Shown here: piece after piece, positions 39,702 to 53,000 of the stretch
Numbering within the stretch: the first letter of the stretch is position 1
Layout of the letters: the number at the start of each line of letters is the position of its first letter
NCBI GenBank assembly: GCA_020137815.1
Contig: CM035351.1
Location: forward strand, 5,146,001-5,210,000
Source: Hormiphora californensis
Taxonomy: Eukaryota; Animalia; Ctenophora
DNA: 64,000 nt
Direction of reading: 5' to 3'
Made by a program: the position numbers and the translations under genes
The notes under the pieces: model-generated
Seen by the model: the letters and a program-made list of their open reading frames with translations, nothing else
The model's database searches: none
What the model was told of the DNA's origin: nothing

Positions 39702-40756
39702 CGCTGTATATTGAAGTTTCTAATAGAAAGACAGAGTGCAAGTGTGGTCATACTCATCGTCAGCCGGCAGCCATATATTGCGAGGGCCTTTATTATAATA
39801 GCCACGACAAGAGACTAGAGATATACCGGCCGAGAAGTAATAAAGCTCTATACATAGAGTGCTTAGAGACTGTCATGATAAACATAAAGTATACATGAAA
39901 TTACAAGAAGCCTTCACATTTATCAGGCCTCATACGACATACCTAGCTTATCAAGCTTCATGTAGCTTGACAAAGAGCATCTCTAGCTCGAGAGAGTCGG
40001 AGTGGAGAGAGAAGACTGGAGAGTGGGATCGCTCCGGGAGGGACCAACTTACAAAAAAAGAACCCGGGTATGTTAACCACAAGTACTCGAGTACTTTGTA
40101 TCAAAAGACGTGTGATTTCACACGAAAAAGCTATTCATAGTCGGACCCCAACAGAATTTTAAGTGGTCGGCAGCATGACTCGTAGTCGTACTGAAGCCGT
40201 TTTTCTTTGTTGAGTAAGTTTTTCTAGCAAGTTGATTTTGCACCAATTGCCGTTGAGTAGCAAAATCCCATCCATCGTCGTGTCTCGTGACACGATCAAA
40301 ATGTATTAGCGGATCGCATGTTTTACAAAATTGAAGTGAGCAAGGTCAAAACTGAGTTTGCCTAGGCGTTTCGTAATACAGACGAAAAATGTAAACTAAG
40401 CTTTTCTGACTTTCAACACCTTTCTTAGTGGTATTGCTTATATATATTGGGAGAGAAATGTAAAATGAATGTATAAAGGGAGTGTTTGTAATTATGTAGA
40501 ACATAGCATTCTAATATAATTTCTAATTCTATTTATAAACTACTTTGTAGAAACCTTTTGTGATAAAGTGATACATATCATATAGCTGCTAACATGCACA
40601 TTATGTTTTCTTGGCAAAGCGATGGAATTTTTGCCAGTTATTAAGCCCTCCGGCCTCCGCTGTCAGAGCATTGGCCTGACCCATTCTCGCTTCTCTCGGA
40701 GCACGCGAGAACTTTGTTGAGTAAGGGGGTTACTCAACAACGAGAACTGTGGTCAG

Positions 40757-41433
40757 TTGGTGACATAGACACCGTGTGCTACCAAGATTGAGCTCACACA
40801 CAGGTGTCTGCTCCGCCTCAAAAAGGCACGTTTCTTTCAAGGGATGTTGCACGCGATCGACTGGACCGATTTGCATCCGGTTTGTCGCAAAAGACTACAA
40901 ATGATCCTAATACACTGGAAAATACCCGAGAAGTTTGTTTGTCAACAGGAAGTGGGTCAAAATTGACACTGAAGTCAAACCTATAATCTGGCTTCCGAGA
41001 GTTTCTGCACTACGCCCATGCGATTTAGAAGATATTGGGAGATATGTTGATGCAATTAGCATCGGCTATTAATGCCGGGTATTTTCCAGTACTCACAAGA
41101 GTTCAACCTATCCTCTGATACCCTCAGATTCATTCTACACCGTCTGGGAGTGGTGCAAAAAGGCTCGGAAGCCATATTATAGATTTGACTTCAGTGTCAA
41201 TTTTGACCCACTTCCTGTTGACAGACAAACTTCTCGGGTATTTTCCAGTAAACTAGGACCAATTTGTAGTCTCTTGCGACAAACCGGATGCAAATCGGTC
41301 CAGTGGATCACGTGCAATTTGGCTTGAAATACACGACCCTTTTTTAGGGGGCGGAGCGGACACCTATGTGAGAGCTCGATCTCGGACGCTGCGCGACCTC
41401 GATCTCGCACGCACTAGGTGTCAATGTCACCAA
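40757..41433. mobile_element. MITE (TTGGTGACAT...ATGTCACCAA, 9-bp target duplication TGTGGTCAG) containing an inner inverted-repeat element (about 40790-41377)
   Basis: Target duplication and TIRs read directly; inner arms of about 200 bp are inverted. Confidence 0.82.
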
Positions 41434-42655
41434 TGTGGTCAGAGCATTGGCCTGACAGGGCCTCCGCTAATTCTCTCAAAATGATCTGTATGGCGCCGAG
41501 ATCTGAGAATCAAATCGGGGTCTGGCCCCGCCAGACAGAAAATGATTAATTTTAATCTCACGAGTGAGAGCCGACCACTCGAATGATTGAGGAGACCGAA
41601 CCAAGTATCAAGTAAGTAGTGAATCGAAGGAGGAGCGGATAAAAACTAGGCTAAATCATTAAAACTACTTCTTTCTAATGTCTAATGATAATTCATTCAC
41701 CAAATTACAAACGACAATTAGTATTACAAACTATCTGTAACAGGGACTCCTAGCCACTGCAGCTGGCACACAATCACACATATCAACAACATGAGCACAA
41801 TTCGTACCACACACACACACATCAAGCTCATTAATTATAACTGCTTACACCTCTGACACCTTGCTTCATCCACATTTTCTGCCGCAGCAGTGTCTGAAGT
41901 TTTCTCTCTCAGCTCTCTATTTCGGTGTTTTTTTTCTGAGAAGAAAACTGAGAAACTATATTCTATTGGCCTGTCTCTCAGTGAGAGAGAAACAGAGCGA
42001 GAACGATATATGTGAACATCGAATATATTTCCAACCACCACAAATTACTCTAAAAGTATTCTAAAAGTAAATATATGCCAACCTCACTGACGTCTAAAAT
42101 AAATAATTGCTCTCTGTCGCCGGGTCGCCCTCTTCGACAATTTCGACCTGGCCAATGGCCAGGTCGAAATTGTCGAAGAGGGCGACAGAGAGCAATGTTC
42201 ATAGCTAATGAAGTTTCAATTATCTGCTTTCGTTGCAGCGCTTATTGGTTGTTGAGGCACTGCCTCTCTCCAGGCTGCTCATTATAACGGACCCTGATAC
42301 TACTCAACAAGTTATTGGTGAGCCCGTGAAGTAGTACAGAGTTATATAGCCACGCAAGTTCCAAACTATTTTGAAAGCCAGGTTACTTAAGTGGTTTTGG
42401 TTTCGAATTTTCATACTTATCTTGAGCATGAATTTCAAGAGTCCCAAAAATTTCAATGAATTTAAAAAGAAGGTTCAAAATCTTGTTATGAGGGATTGAC
42501 GCCAAACTACAAAGTTAGTTGAAATTTACATGTGCACCCTCTGTGCTATTATAATATGTGCTATTGTAATATATTTTTAAGGTTCGCTCTAAGTATAGAG
42601 AATATAGAACCTCTTTAAGTTCTAACATGAGACAGGAAGACTGAAGATTTGAGTG

Positions 42656-42737
<82 letters not shown>

Positions 42738-44550
42738 GGAGAGAGATTGGGAGAGTGAGGGCCAATTGAAATGCAAGATATTGAATCACTCAGCTATTGA
42801 TCAAAATGCAAACTCAAAGCAACCGCTCACAAGCTCTTTGCTTGATTTTCCTGGAATTTAAGTGATTTATTCAACGCGAGTCGAATGCAGGGTTTGACTG
42901 GGCTGAGTTGTGGGGTAGCATTTTACAATGGATCGAATTCGCGACGCGATATATTATTTAAGTGGTCATATAACTATAAGTAAATTCGTTTGGTTTCCTA
43001 TTGAACCATTTATTGGATTGATTTCAGTGGAGTGATTTCAGTGATTTCATAATCGACAAAAGTCGGATAGATGCTCGATATTGGAAGAAGTTACATGTCT
43101 TTCCTGTTGTCCAACAACTTATTGGCCCATCAGGGCCCGGTAATACAAATCGATCGAGCCATACCAAGAGCAGATTCTGAAAAGAAATTCTCGCCCAGAA
43201 ATTCTCGGAATGACCCTCCAAAATCACCATTTATATCAAATGATTTGCCTATTTGAGGAAGGTCGCACAAAGGGGTCAACAAACTTGATGCATGTTATGA
43301 TTGGTGCAGGCCTTTCTCCCATCATTGATCTACACATGATTGCTAGAAATGAGTCGTGGCGTTATGCAAAGAGGTTTTCTACGAGTAAAGTCTTCTGTAG
43401 TGATAATTAGGACAGGCGGCCGTGAGTACTTTCAGGAGAAAGTGTATAAATATTGATGGTGGAGAACCTCTCTCATCGCTGAAAATAACCATGGATATGT
43501 CCTAATTTGATCTACAAAAATCCGAAATTTCCTGCTACATACATACTTGAAGTTCTTTCACGTGACAACCCCTAGGCAGATAATTAATTTGATACAACAA
43601 GGATACTATAATTAGTAGAGTGCATATATTCTAGCTTTGTTGTATGCTATCCAAAACTCGTATGACATTGACACCTATAATATAGCGTGACCGAGATTGA
43701 GCTCGCACAATATATCTGCAAAGCAGAGACTACTAGTCTGACTAGAGAGATAGATAGAGAGATAGCAACGATACCAAATGCAAAGGTAACGCTGGTCTAG
43801 AATTATAAATTCTCGTAGTATAACAAGCGACTCTTGGAGGTGTTGCATTGAGAATGATATCTCTTTGTGTGGGCATGCGTTGTGGTTAATATTTATATAG
43901 TGTGTATTATCAAACTAAAAATAACTTATTTAAGAAACAGAAATTAATTTCGGTATTGACATTAAAACATTTAATTTATTAAATTGTCCAGCAGATAACA
44001 CGTATAGATATGAAGAGCGTCCTGATCCTTCAGAAAAACTTCTGTAGCACCCCCTGGAGCTACTTTTTTGAACACCACTTCGCTGATACACGATCAGTAA
44101 AGGGGCTTGTTTGAATTCTTAACAAACGGACGCATTCACCAAACCCACGGAATTCCTCATTCTCACTTACACACGCACCAAAACACACACTATGTATAAT
44201 AACGTACCCAAGTCATGAAATGACATACTCGCACACTAAATATAATTCTACTTTGAAAATAAAAATATAACAAGATATACACCACCCGCGAGATATTTAC
44301 AGTTGCAGATGTACTGCAGATTATAATAATACATTTTCAACAACTCTATCAACTTTTGTTTTGATCTCAAAATTTTTACACGAACCCAAAATATTATCAA
44401 CGGTTTCATCCAAAATAATGGATAACGCGTTGTATTTAAAATACTACTGCTAATGTAAGAATATATTGTTTTCATTTTCAATATATTACAAACGTTTATT
44501 AAACGTCGTTTAAGATACAATTCAGACATGATAAAAAGAAAACAAGTGGA

Positions 44551-44628
<78 letters not shown>

Positions 44629-44837
44629 TGGAGAGAAGAAGGGGTGAGACAGACGGCTGCAGGGGTGAGGAAGTTTCAAAATATTAATTTATCCGGATGA
44701 AAAGAGAAACAGATTTCAAGAAATGAACGAATAATGGAGAGAGAGAGAGAGAGAAACAGAGAGATAATGAACAGGAAAAGATTTAGAAGAAGGAAGGATG
44801 GATAACACTATTACATTACAATACAGGGTTTACTAAA

Positions 44838-46693
44838 CTAGTTACTACGCCTGGTACACTGGTGTTTACTAGGACTGACTCTCCGACACTCAAGGTTATC
44901 CAAACAGGGACAGCCGCTCCCGCTCAACACGTGGTAATGAGGATAACACGTGGCCCCTTCACCTGAAACATAACATTTGTATTACATTTTGGGGGAAGGG
45001 GGGAATTTTGGGAAGGGGGAAATTTGGGAAGGGGGGATTTTGGAAGGGATTGAGTGGACCAGGAACAAGGTACAGGAAGAACAAGAATATGTTAGTAGTA
45101 CGTACCTAGTTTGTCCCAGCATTTCTTGAATCTACAGCACTTGTTAACTGGACAATTCGCCGATGAATTACAGGTAGGAGACTGACAAGGAAAATAAGAT
45201 ATTAGAGAAAAGTATCATGGATCTTTTTATCATGGATCCGATGTATCACTGATCTACCTGATCAAATGCCTCATACTGCGTGTGTTATCATATTGTTTTC
45301 TTAAGACTACTATAGTTAAATCTTACCTCTTCTTGGCACGTGTAAACGGGGAATGGGGTGAAGTCCTCCATGTACGACAGACACACTAGGCCGTCTTCAC
45401 AGGGGCACTGTGATCCATCAAGGCCCCGTAAACAGTATTCGCCGCCATTCACCCGACCCTTTAGATGACCTTTCTTAACACACACCCCACCATCGTTCTC
45501 GGTATATCGGACTAGGCAACAGTACTGGCTGCCGGGACACCCTGGATGAAGGTTGTGTGTTAGAAAATGCAGAAATAACATTCTGTTAACTCAACTCTTC
45601 GCTGGTTGACCCGTTTGGAGCTACAGTACGCCAGTTCTATTTATAGTTCTATTATGCATGTATTTATGATTTCTTAGTGAACGATTTCTATAAACTACGT
45701 GAAAGATACTCTCTCTGTAAGAAGTTGTCACCCCCCCCCCTTTTTGATTTCGTGCACTTGGTTTGTTCGCGTGCCTATTACATGTTAACCGTGTGGTGCA
45801 TTCGTAAAAAAGTAATAAACATAATAAAATTCGACGTTTGGGGTGACAACTTCAAAAATTTACGAAAAAAGGAACTATTTTATATCTTATTATCTTACCA
45901 TTGTCGACACAGTTGGTAATATCCGGCCTAATCCTCATACATTTGTTACGATGGCATATCCTGTTAACTGTACACGTCTCTGACTCAGGACATACAGGAT
46001 TGCAGTCTTTATCAGCTCCACAGGGTATGCTGCACCTGTGAGAGAAGGGGACCGGGTTTTAGCTTGTAGAATATACGGGGCCGGGAATATACAAATGTGT
46101 GGCCGGTACGGGTTATGTTCTAGCTTGTAGAATATACAACTGTGTGGCCGGTACGGGTTATGTTCTAGCTTGTAGAATATACAACTGTGTGGCCGGTACG
46201 GGTTATGTTCTAGCTTGTAGAATATACAACTGTGTGGCCGGTACGGGTTATGTTCTAGCTTGTAGAATATACAACTGCATGTGGCCGGTACGGGTTATGT
46301 TCTAGCTTGTAGAATATACAACAGTGTGGCCGGTACGGGTTATGTTCTAGCTTGTAGAATATACAACTGTGTGGCCGGTACGGGTTATGTTCTAGCTTGT
46401 AGAATATACAACTGCATGTGGCCGGTACTTTGATAACAGGGCAAGCCAATAACAGGGTGTTTTTTGACACACCAGCAGCATCAAGACTGCAATTCGATTA
46501 ACGACAAGCCTGTATATAAGACAAGTCATGCATGATAACAAAATTCCATGTTTTCACGTCATAAAATAATGTTCTGAAGAATTAGTAAAACCTCAAGTTC
46601 AGCCTATAATTACTTGTTTTGTTCAAACAAGCCAAATAATTACCTTGATCGAAGGATAAGGAGAGATGATAGAAAGGTAATCGTTAGTAGCAT
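44838..46693 (-). CDS. Probably secreted Cys-rich protein (~200 aa) with two tandem prokineticin/colipase-fold domains; exons 46693-46644, 46035-45899, 45541-45327, 45181-45106, 44962-44838
   Basis: Hydrophobic N-terminus MLLTITFLSSLLILRS. Domain 1: CVDNGCPGSQYCC..GVC..GEYC..CPCEDGLVC..YTC. Domain 2: CNSSANCPVNKCC..KC..GEGATC..CPCLDNLEC..HQC. Splice phases are consistent; exon 1 is less certain. Confidence 0.82.
46097..46427. repeat. 45-bp intronic minisatellite, about 7 copies
   Basis: TGTGGCCGGTACGGGTTATGTTCTAGCTTGTAGAATATACAACTG repeated. Confidence 0.95.
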
Positions 46694-48615
46694 ATCGACC
46701 CAGTTTATCAATCATAACATGACCTGTGAGCGAGAGAGTGGATGAGGTTTCCAGTTGACGATATTACAAACTCTTTCAAGGGACGGATTAGGGAAATACC
46801 ACAATAATAAAATATATTACGAATGACGTTAGTGTTAAATAAGCTGCGAGATCGGGACAATAAAATCAATTTTACCAGCACCACGGTCTGGGAATAAGAG
46901 TATTAGACAACTAAAGTATCTTATGGAATTTATCACGCGGGGAGGGTGGGTCGAACAAGGCAAAAGATTATTAGTTCTTCTCAGCCGTAGCCCATAATAA
47001 TGACGTGTTTCTAGAAGAATTTATCACTGATAATTAGCAGAAGATTTAACCGTGCGGGGCGATCAGGGACGAGCTGGAACTATTAGGTTAGGATCACGCC
47101 GGGTCAAAATCAATAAACCAGGATGCAGAGGCTGCAGTTCTGAATCATGTAGCATCTTTACAACGCGATCAAGATGTTGAAGTGGGAAATGAACCTGATA
47201 TTTATACCCCCGACTCGGATTGAGAGGAGAGTTTCTTAAAATAAATCGCAGTTCGGAAGATCTTATAGTAATGGGGTTTTAAAAGGTAGAAATGCTTTTA
47301 GGATGATGTTACTCTGATGGTATGGTAGTCGTCAGCATAAGTGCAGTGGTACGGGTATATATCGGCAGAGTGATAGATTAGAGAGAAGAAGCAATTTAGA
47401 ACTCCGATCACTATTTTACAATTTCAATTTTAAAAGTGTTCCTGAAAACTGCAGGGGACTCATGTATCGTTATCGCTCATACTTGGATACAGCCTAGGTA
47501 AAATATCGGTGTGGTATAATAGGAGCAAAGCAAACAGCTGAACCCAGCTAATATTTCTGCATTGGGTCTGTTACTTCTTTGTCTGGTGTGATTCTCGTTT
47601 AGTTTGCTTAGTACGCGGTAGGTGGTCTAGTAACTGTCGAATGGCGAACTAGAAACCGGATATTCGAAAAACAGCGGGATCAAATGGGGAGAGGGAGGGA
47701 AGGAGAGGAAGAGAGTGAGACGTGAGTGAGAGACAGAGAGAGAAAGAGAGGGAAGGTACAGATAGAGAAACAAAGAGAGAGGGGACAGACAGGAGTCATG
47801 TGCTGAGAAGAAACAGATAAACGTGGAAACAGCTCAAATCCAGGAAAGATCTCCTGTCGAAACGAATATTCCAGGTAGAAGTTTTGCAAGGTCTGCATGG
47901 CATACAAAGTTTATTCGTGCAGTTTTAATAACTCGATAATCAGCTTGTTATGAGCTGTGAGAGAGAAAGAAAGATAAAAAACAGGCACTGTCAAAGTTTT
48001 AAAACCCAGGAGAAACACGTCTCGATTATAAAGCCCCCATAAAGCCTTGCCGTATATCAAGCAGGCCATGATAAGTGTAGGATAATACACCGATAACAAA
48101 ACAGAAGGAATACAGCGTGTGTGTTTCACTATGTCAGAAGGACGTGTATATTTATACCGCTGCTGCACATAGCTTGGGAGACAGACAGCCAACCAATTCT
48201 CTATATCATTTCTGCCTGTCTCATTTATCCGTGTGTCTCTCTCTCTCGTTTGTGTGGAAGAGGAGTAGAAGTAAAGACTAATTTACGCCCCCTGTCCAGA
48301 CCTATGGTACCTGTTACTGTTCTCTAAATAGAAGGACACGTAATTTCTAAAAACTGCTACAAGCACACTTCTAAAAGCCTTGATACCGATTCTTTGCAGC
48401 AGTGATAATATCTTGATCTTATCATGAGGTAATTTCAATAGAACAGGATGGTAAAAAGAGACTGTAGTGGGCAAAAGTTTATGAGGCGCTTGAGTATTAG
48501 GATTAGGATGAAACATGGTAAAAGTAGAACTTTCATTAGTGACCTTAAGTTCTACTCCTAACTTCATAGCCACAACAATATATCAGCATATATATACCAA
48601 GATAACACATGTATG

Positions 48616-48734
48616 ATATCGAGTACAAAGTAAGAACTTATTCTACATGTGATTAGTACGTGACTCAACCGTTTAACCTGCTGAATCACGTACTGATCAC
48701 ATGTAGAATAAGTTCTTACTTTCTACTCGATATC
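48616..48734. repeat. Short palindromic (MITE-like) hairpin; similar hairpins near 25256, 42107 and 49078
   Basis: GATATCGAGTACAAAGTAAGAACTTATTCTACATGTGAT...ATCACATGTAGAATAAGTTCTTACTTTCTACTCGATATC. Confidence 0.75.
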
Positions 48735-50044
48735 CATACAAATGTGTTTACTTTAAACGTCCCCACTATTTTATAACGGAAGCATGCAAACTGGAATACT
48801 CGATGCTTCACTGCGTGTCACTGGCTATCTGCACTGTAACAAGAGCCGTGGGAGAGATGCAGGGACAAAGGGAAATATCTGATAAGGGGCGAATAGATTG
48901 TAAGGCAGATAATGGTAGAAAAGTGGGGTGATGCGTAAAAACGATTAAATTTCAATTGATTAAATTTTATAACAGGCATTAGGGCGACAAAGATAGCAGT
49001 TCCAGGAAGTAAGAGGGTCGATAAGAAAATTTTGAGAGGGGGGATAGTACCACTTGTTAGCGTATCAATAAACATAAAGGCGGATAATAAAGCCCGGATG
49101 TCTCTAGTCTTTGAAGTTTGGATACCCGAATTATCCTAGCTTGTTTAACCGGGTTTTATCGATACCGCCTACTAACTCACCATTTGTCCGATGCTAGTTC
49201 CCTCTTGGCCACATGAAAACATGTCGTTCATACTTTAGTTCCCCTAACACCGGTTGTTTGACGAAAAACAGCTGTCCATTGGAATTTGAAATTTCTGCAG
49301 AAATTCCAATGCTGTGGTACCTGTAAATGAGAGAACTATTATCCCGGATTCGCTGTCGTGCATTAGTTAATATGGAACTCACGGAATGAACTCTTAATTC
49401 AGCACATATTACGTCATACACATGGTACAGGGGGAACCGGAAACTTGAATTCCTCGAAGTGGCTCTCCAGAGTCCCAGCTCCCGCCGCGGTTATGTGGAC
49501 AAAGTGCGCGCGGAGTCAGCTACAAAAAAGGCTCCGCGCCGTACATACCACAGAGCAGTGGCCTCTCTCGCTGGAGCAGCAGTTTGGAATTCTTCAGTTG
49601 GCTGATATCTGGACTCAGGAGGGTAGTAGCCAGTAAAAAGGAGGAGACACAGTACATCCTCTTTCCTGTGTATATCCATGCTGTAGCTAATGGGTAAATG
49701 GGTTAAAGTTTGTTGTTTGGTAGTGTGGTCGGGGGAGTACGGAAACGCTTGGGTAAACAATGTGTGTGCTAATATAATGTGTATTTACACCCGCTGTATA
49801 TTTTACATAACATATGAAAACACAATAAAACCTGTAAACATATAATAACTAGTATAAAAGAAATTAAAAAGGGAGCGAGAATTATTAACCTAGAACCGGG
49901 TTGCCTTGCTCGACCCTGTCTCGCCGTGCCCTGGTTTGAACAAAACATTGGGCACGTCGCGCTATCCCCTGCCCTGGTTTGAACAAAACAAAACAAGAAC
50001 CTGGAATGATGCTCACTATCTTGCATGCAATTTGTGTGTATTCT

Positions 50045-53000
50045 TTAAGAGAGTGCATCATCGGTGTGAAGAGAGATTCTCATGTCCCACATATCATCAC
50101 ATACACTGGAGAGGGCTGCTGCTGCGTTATCAGTGGCCTGGGTCGGTCCCTGTTCTGTCCCACCAGAGGCCGTGGAAGGGGTCTGGTTTGGTTCCGTCCC
50201 GGCAGATGGAGAGACATGAGGGAGCTGTTGGTCCGCCGGGGGCTGGTAAGTAGGTGGGTAACTGGAACCAATAGGGTAACCATGGTTACCATTGTATTGT
50301 GCATGGTAACCATGGTTACCATTTAACTGTTCAGGGTAACCATGGTAAACATCATATTGTCCAGGGTAACCATGGTTAGCACTATATTGTGCAGGGTAAC
50401 TTTGAGCTTGGTTAACATCATAGTCTCCATAGTTACCACCACTGTTACCTTGGTAACCATTTGGATCAGCACCATAATGATAACCATCACTCTGTCCTCC
50501 ATGGTAACCATGGTTACCATCATATTGTCCATGGTAACCACCGTCCTGATGATAACCACTGTTAACAGGTCTATTGCTAACTTTATCCTCTACTAGTGCG
50601 TCAGGGCGGCCACCCCTCCCACCTCTGGAACCTCCCACCATCCCCCCTGAGGTTGGGGGAGGTGCCAACTCAGGCTCCCTGGCCAGAGCTAAAGGTGTAG
50701 CACCAGTAATTACAGGTAGATAATTCTCACTGGGAATCGGAATGGGGGACTCTGTACAGTTAAAAAACATTGGTGTAGTGTGCCGAACGGTGGTGTGAGT
50801 CTCTGTACCCTGGAGCAGTCTCCTGAAATCATAGGAATTTTGTTGAGATTTAGAAGCAGGGATAAAGAGTTTAGAGGGATCAAGAGAATAAAATTTGCAA
50901 TAAAAAATAGTAATATCTCCAAAGTTAGGGCACCTGATTAGATCGCTGTTCATTACTGGGCGTGTTTCAAACTGCTGCTGGTGTCGCACGAACCCGACCA
51001 GTGGAGGAGGAACCTGACCAGCCTGAAATGAAGGAATTTAGATATTTTTCGTAACCAAATTGCAGAAAACGGGAATTTTATAGGGTGACAACATTCTAAG
51101 TACAGGGTACAGAGGACACTGGACAGACATCATGAGAACCGATAAAAGCGAGGTAGACTGCTCTTATCTGTTAATTACTGCACTTCCTAACACTACACCA
51201 GTCCCCACACCACCCTAACCGCATCACTTCCGAAAGGATGATCCGGCACTATGCTGTCTCGCCTGTTCGGCGAGACTTGGCTGTGTGACTGTTTACAGTC
51301 CCAGATGAGCGGCCCAAACCAAACCAGACCAAACCGCATCACTTCACCCCTACCCTACCCCTACCCTACCCTACCCTCCCACTCCAGTCTGCTTCCCCAA
51401 AACATATCTAACCTGTGTCACAAGAGCAGATAGTTTAGGTGGGAGGGTGTCCACGACAGCGCATAGAGCGTAGGAGAGATCCCTGGCGTGTTTTATAACT
51501 GGGTCTATGTCCAGTTTTGCAGTGACACTCTGTGCCCAGTAGAGGACCTGGTCTGATGTTGCACACGCTAGCACCTAGCAAGAGAGACAGGGTGTGTATT
51601 TGATGAGACCTAGGATTATTAAAGTTGAATATTAAGTTAATATTATTAACTGTAAATTGATATTAGACGAGACTAAATACCTGTTCCTTATTGGTTATGA
51701 TAAGAGCAGAAGCAAAGAATATTTCAAAATGGGCGGTGTTGTGTTGAGCGAATAGAATGTCCCATAGCCGCAGGATTGAGTCCATTTTAAATTCGTTCTT
51801 GAACAGCAGAAGGAACCACCTAAAGGTAAACTTGTTGATTTATTGAGATCATACCTCATTTAATTTGTAACTCATGACATGGAACGTGATAGTGGAAGAC
51901 TGAGTTTTCATTTCAAGTGGGTGATGTAATAGTTATCAATCGTCACCCACCTAAAACAGAAAAGCCAATGCCCGCATGTTATCTTCTCAATGTGATTATA
52001 AAGCTCTTCATCAAAGTGTTGGATAAGGTCTGCTGTCGAGGAAAGTTGCGGGGATATGTCAAGGGTTAGGAGCCGGTCTCTCAGTTGAGGCATCAGCTTG
52101 ACAAAGCACCAAAAAGTGAGAGACTCGTCCTGTGGGGTATATCGCAAAGAAAGGTATGAGAAACTGTCACAATATAAATTATGTAAAAGATGCTAGAAAG
52201 AGTTGTTGTGTTCTAACCCGCGGGCCCACGACACCGGGGGGGGGGGGGGGGGGGGGGCTGGGATTTGTAAAAATTGAAAGTTTTGTCGGTATATTTCAGG
52301 AAGCGACCGAATATTCGGTTCGGTTCGGTTCGGTTCGGAAATTCGGTGTTTTTTGGGCGGTTCGGTTCGGTTCGGTTCGGTAGGAAATTTTGGCCGAACC
52401 ACCGAATTTTTTGGTCAAACAAGAATAAATGCATTATGTTTCATAATGCTATGTTTCCCCGCCAACCTTTCATTTCTAACACGAAGGCGGGACAGACATT
52501 TCAGATCATTTATAAATCAACCAATCAGTATAGAACAAATCCTTGTGTTTTAGTAGCACTAAATTGCACGCCACATTGCGGAATTGCGCGGCACACAATT
52601 CCTGAAAACGTGTCAATGAAGTGGTTTATGAAGGAGCAGGTTGTTGTTGTGAGCGCGGCTCTAGTTGCTACATGTTGCCCCTCGCAACCTGAAACGGGAC
52701 AAGAGAGCTGACTTGCTACACATAGTCACTATATCCGTTTAGATTTCTAAACCCCTATGCCTTTTTGCAATGGTTTCGTCCCTGAGTCCGTCAATAAATC
52801 GCTCTTTAATTTCGTGATTACCATTTTTCCGATGTAGTAGTCGGGATCGTCTGTAATCTGTATCTGGGGTCGTCTCGTGATCGTCGAGGAGTTTGGAGAT
52901 GAAACCAATTCGCTCGTAGAAATCCATGACAGATTCTTCTAACTGTTGCGTTGCCTGTCTCAGTGCCAGTTTTGCAGATAGTTTCATTGTAGGCGATGTT

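Noticed and set aside
42860-43420. Short ORFs suggesting a decayed coding region
   Set aside because: No recognisable domain or splice-consistent model.
46099-46305. Cys-containing 15-aa repeat ORF
   Set aside because: Translation of an intronic 45-bp minisatellite.
49440-49640. Possible degenerate tyrosine-recombinase (DIRS-like) fragment, RAVASL...AAVWNS
   Set aside because: Too short, interrupted by stops, and the motif spacing is wrong; cannot be supported without a profile search.
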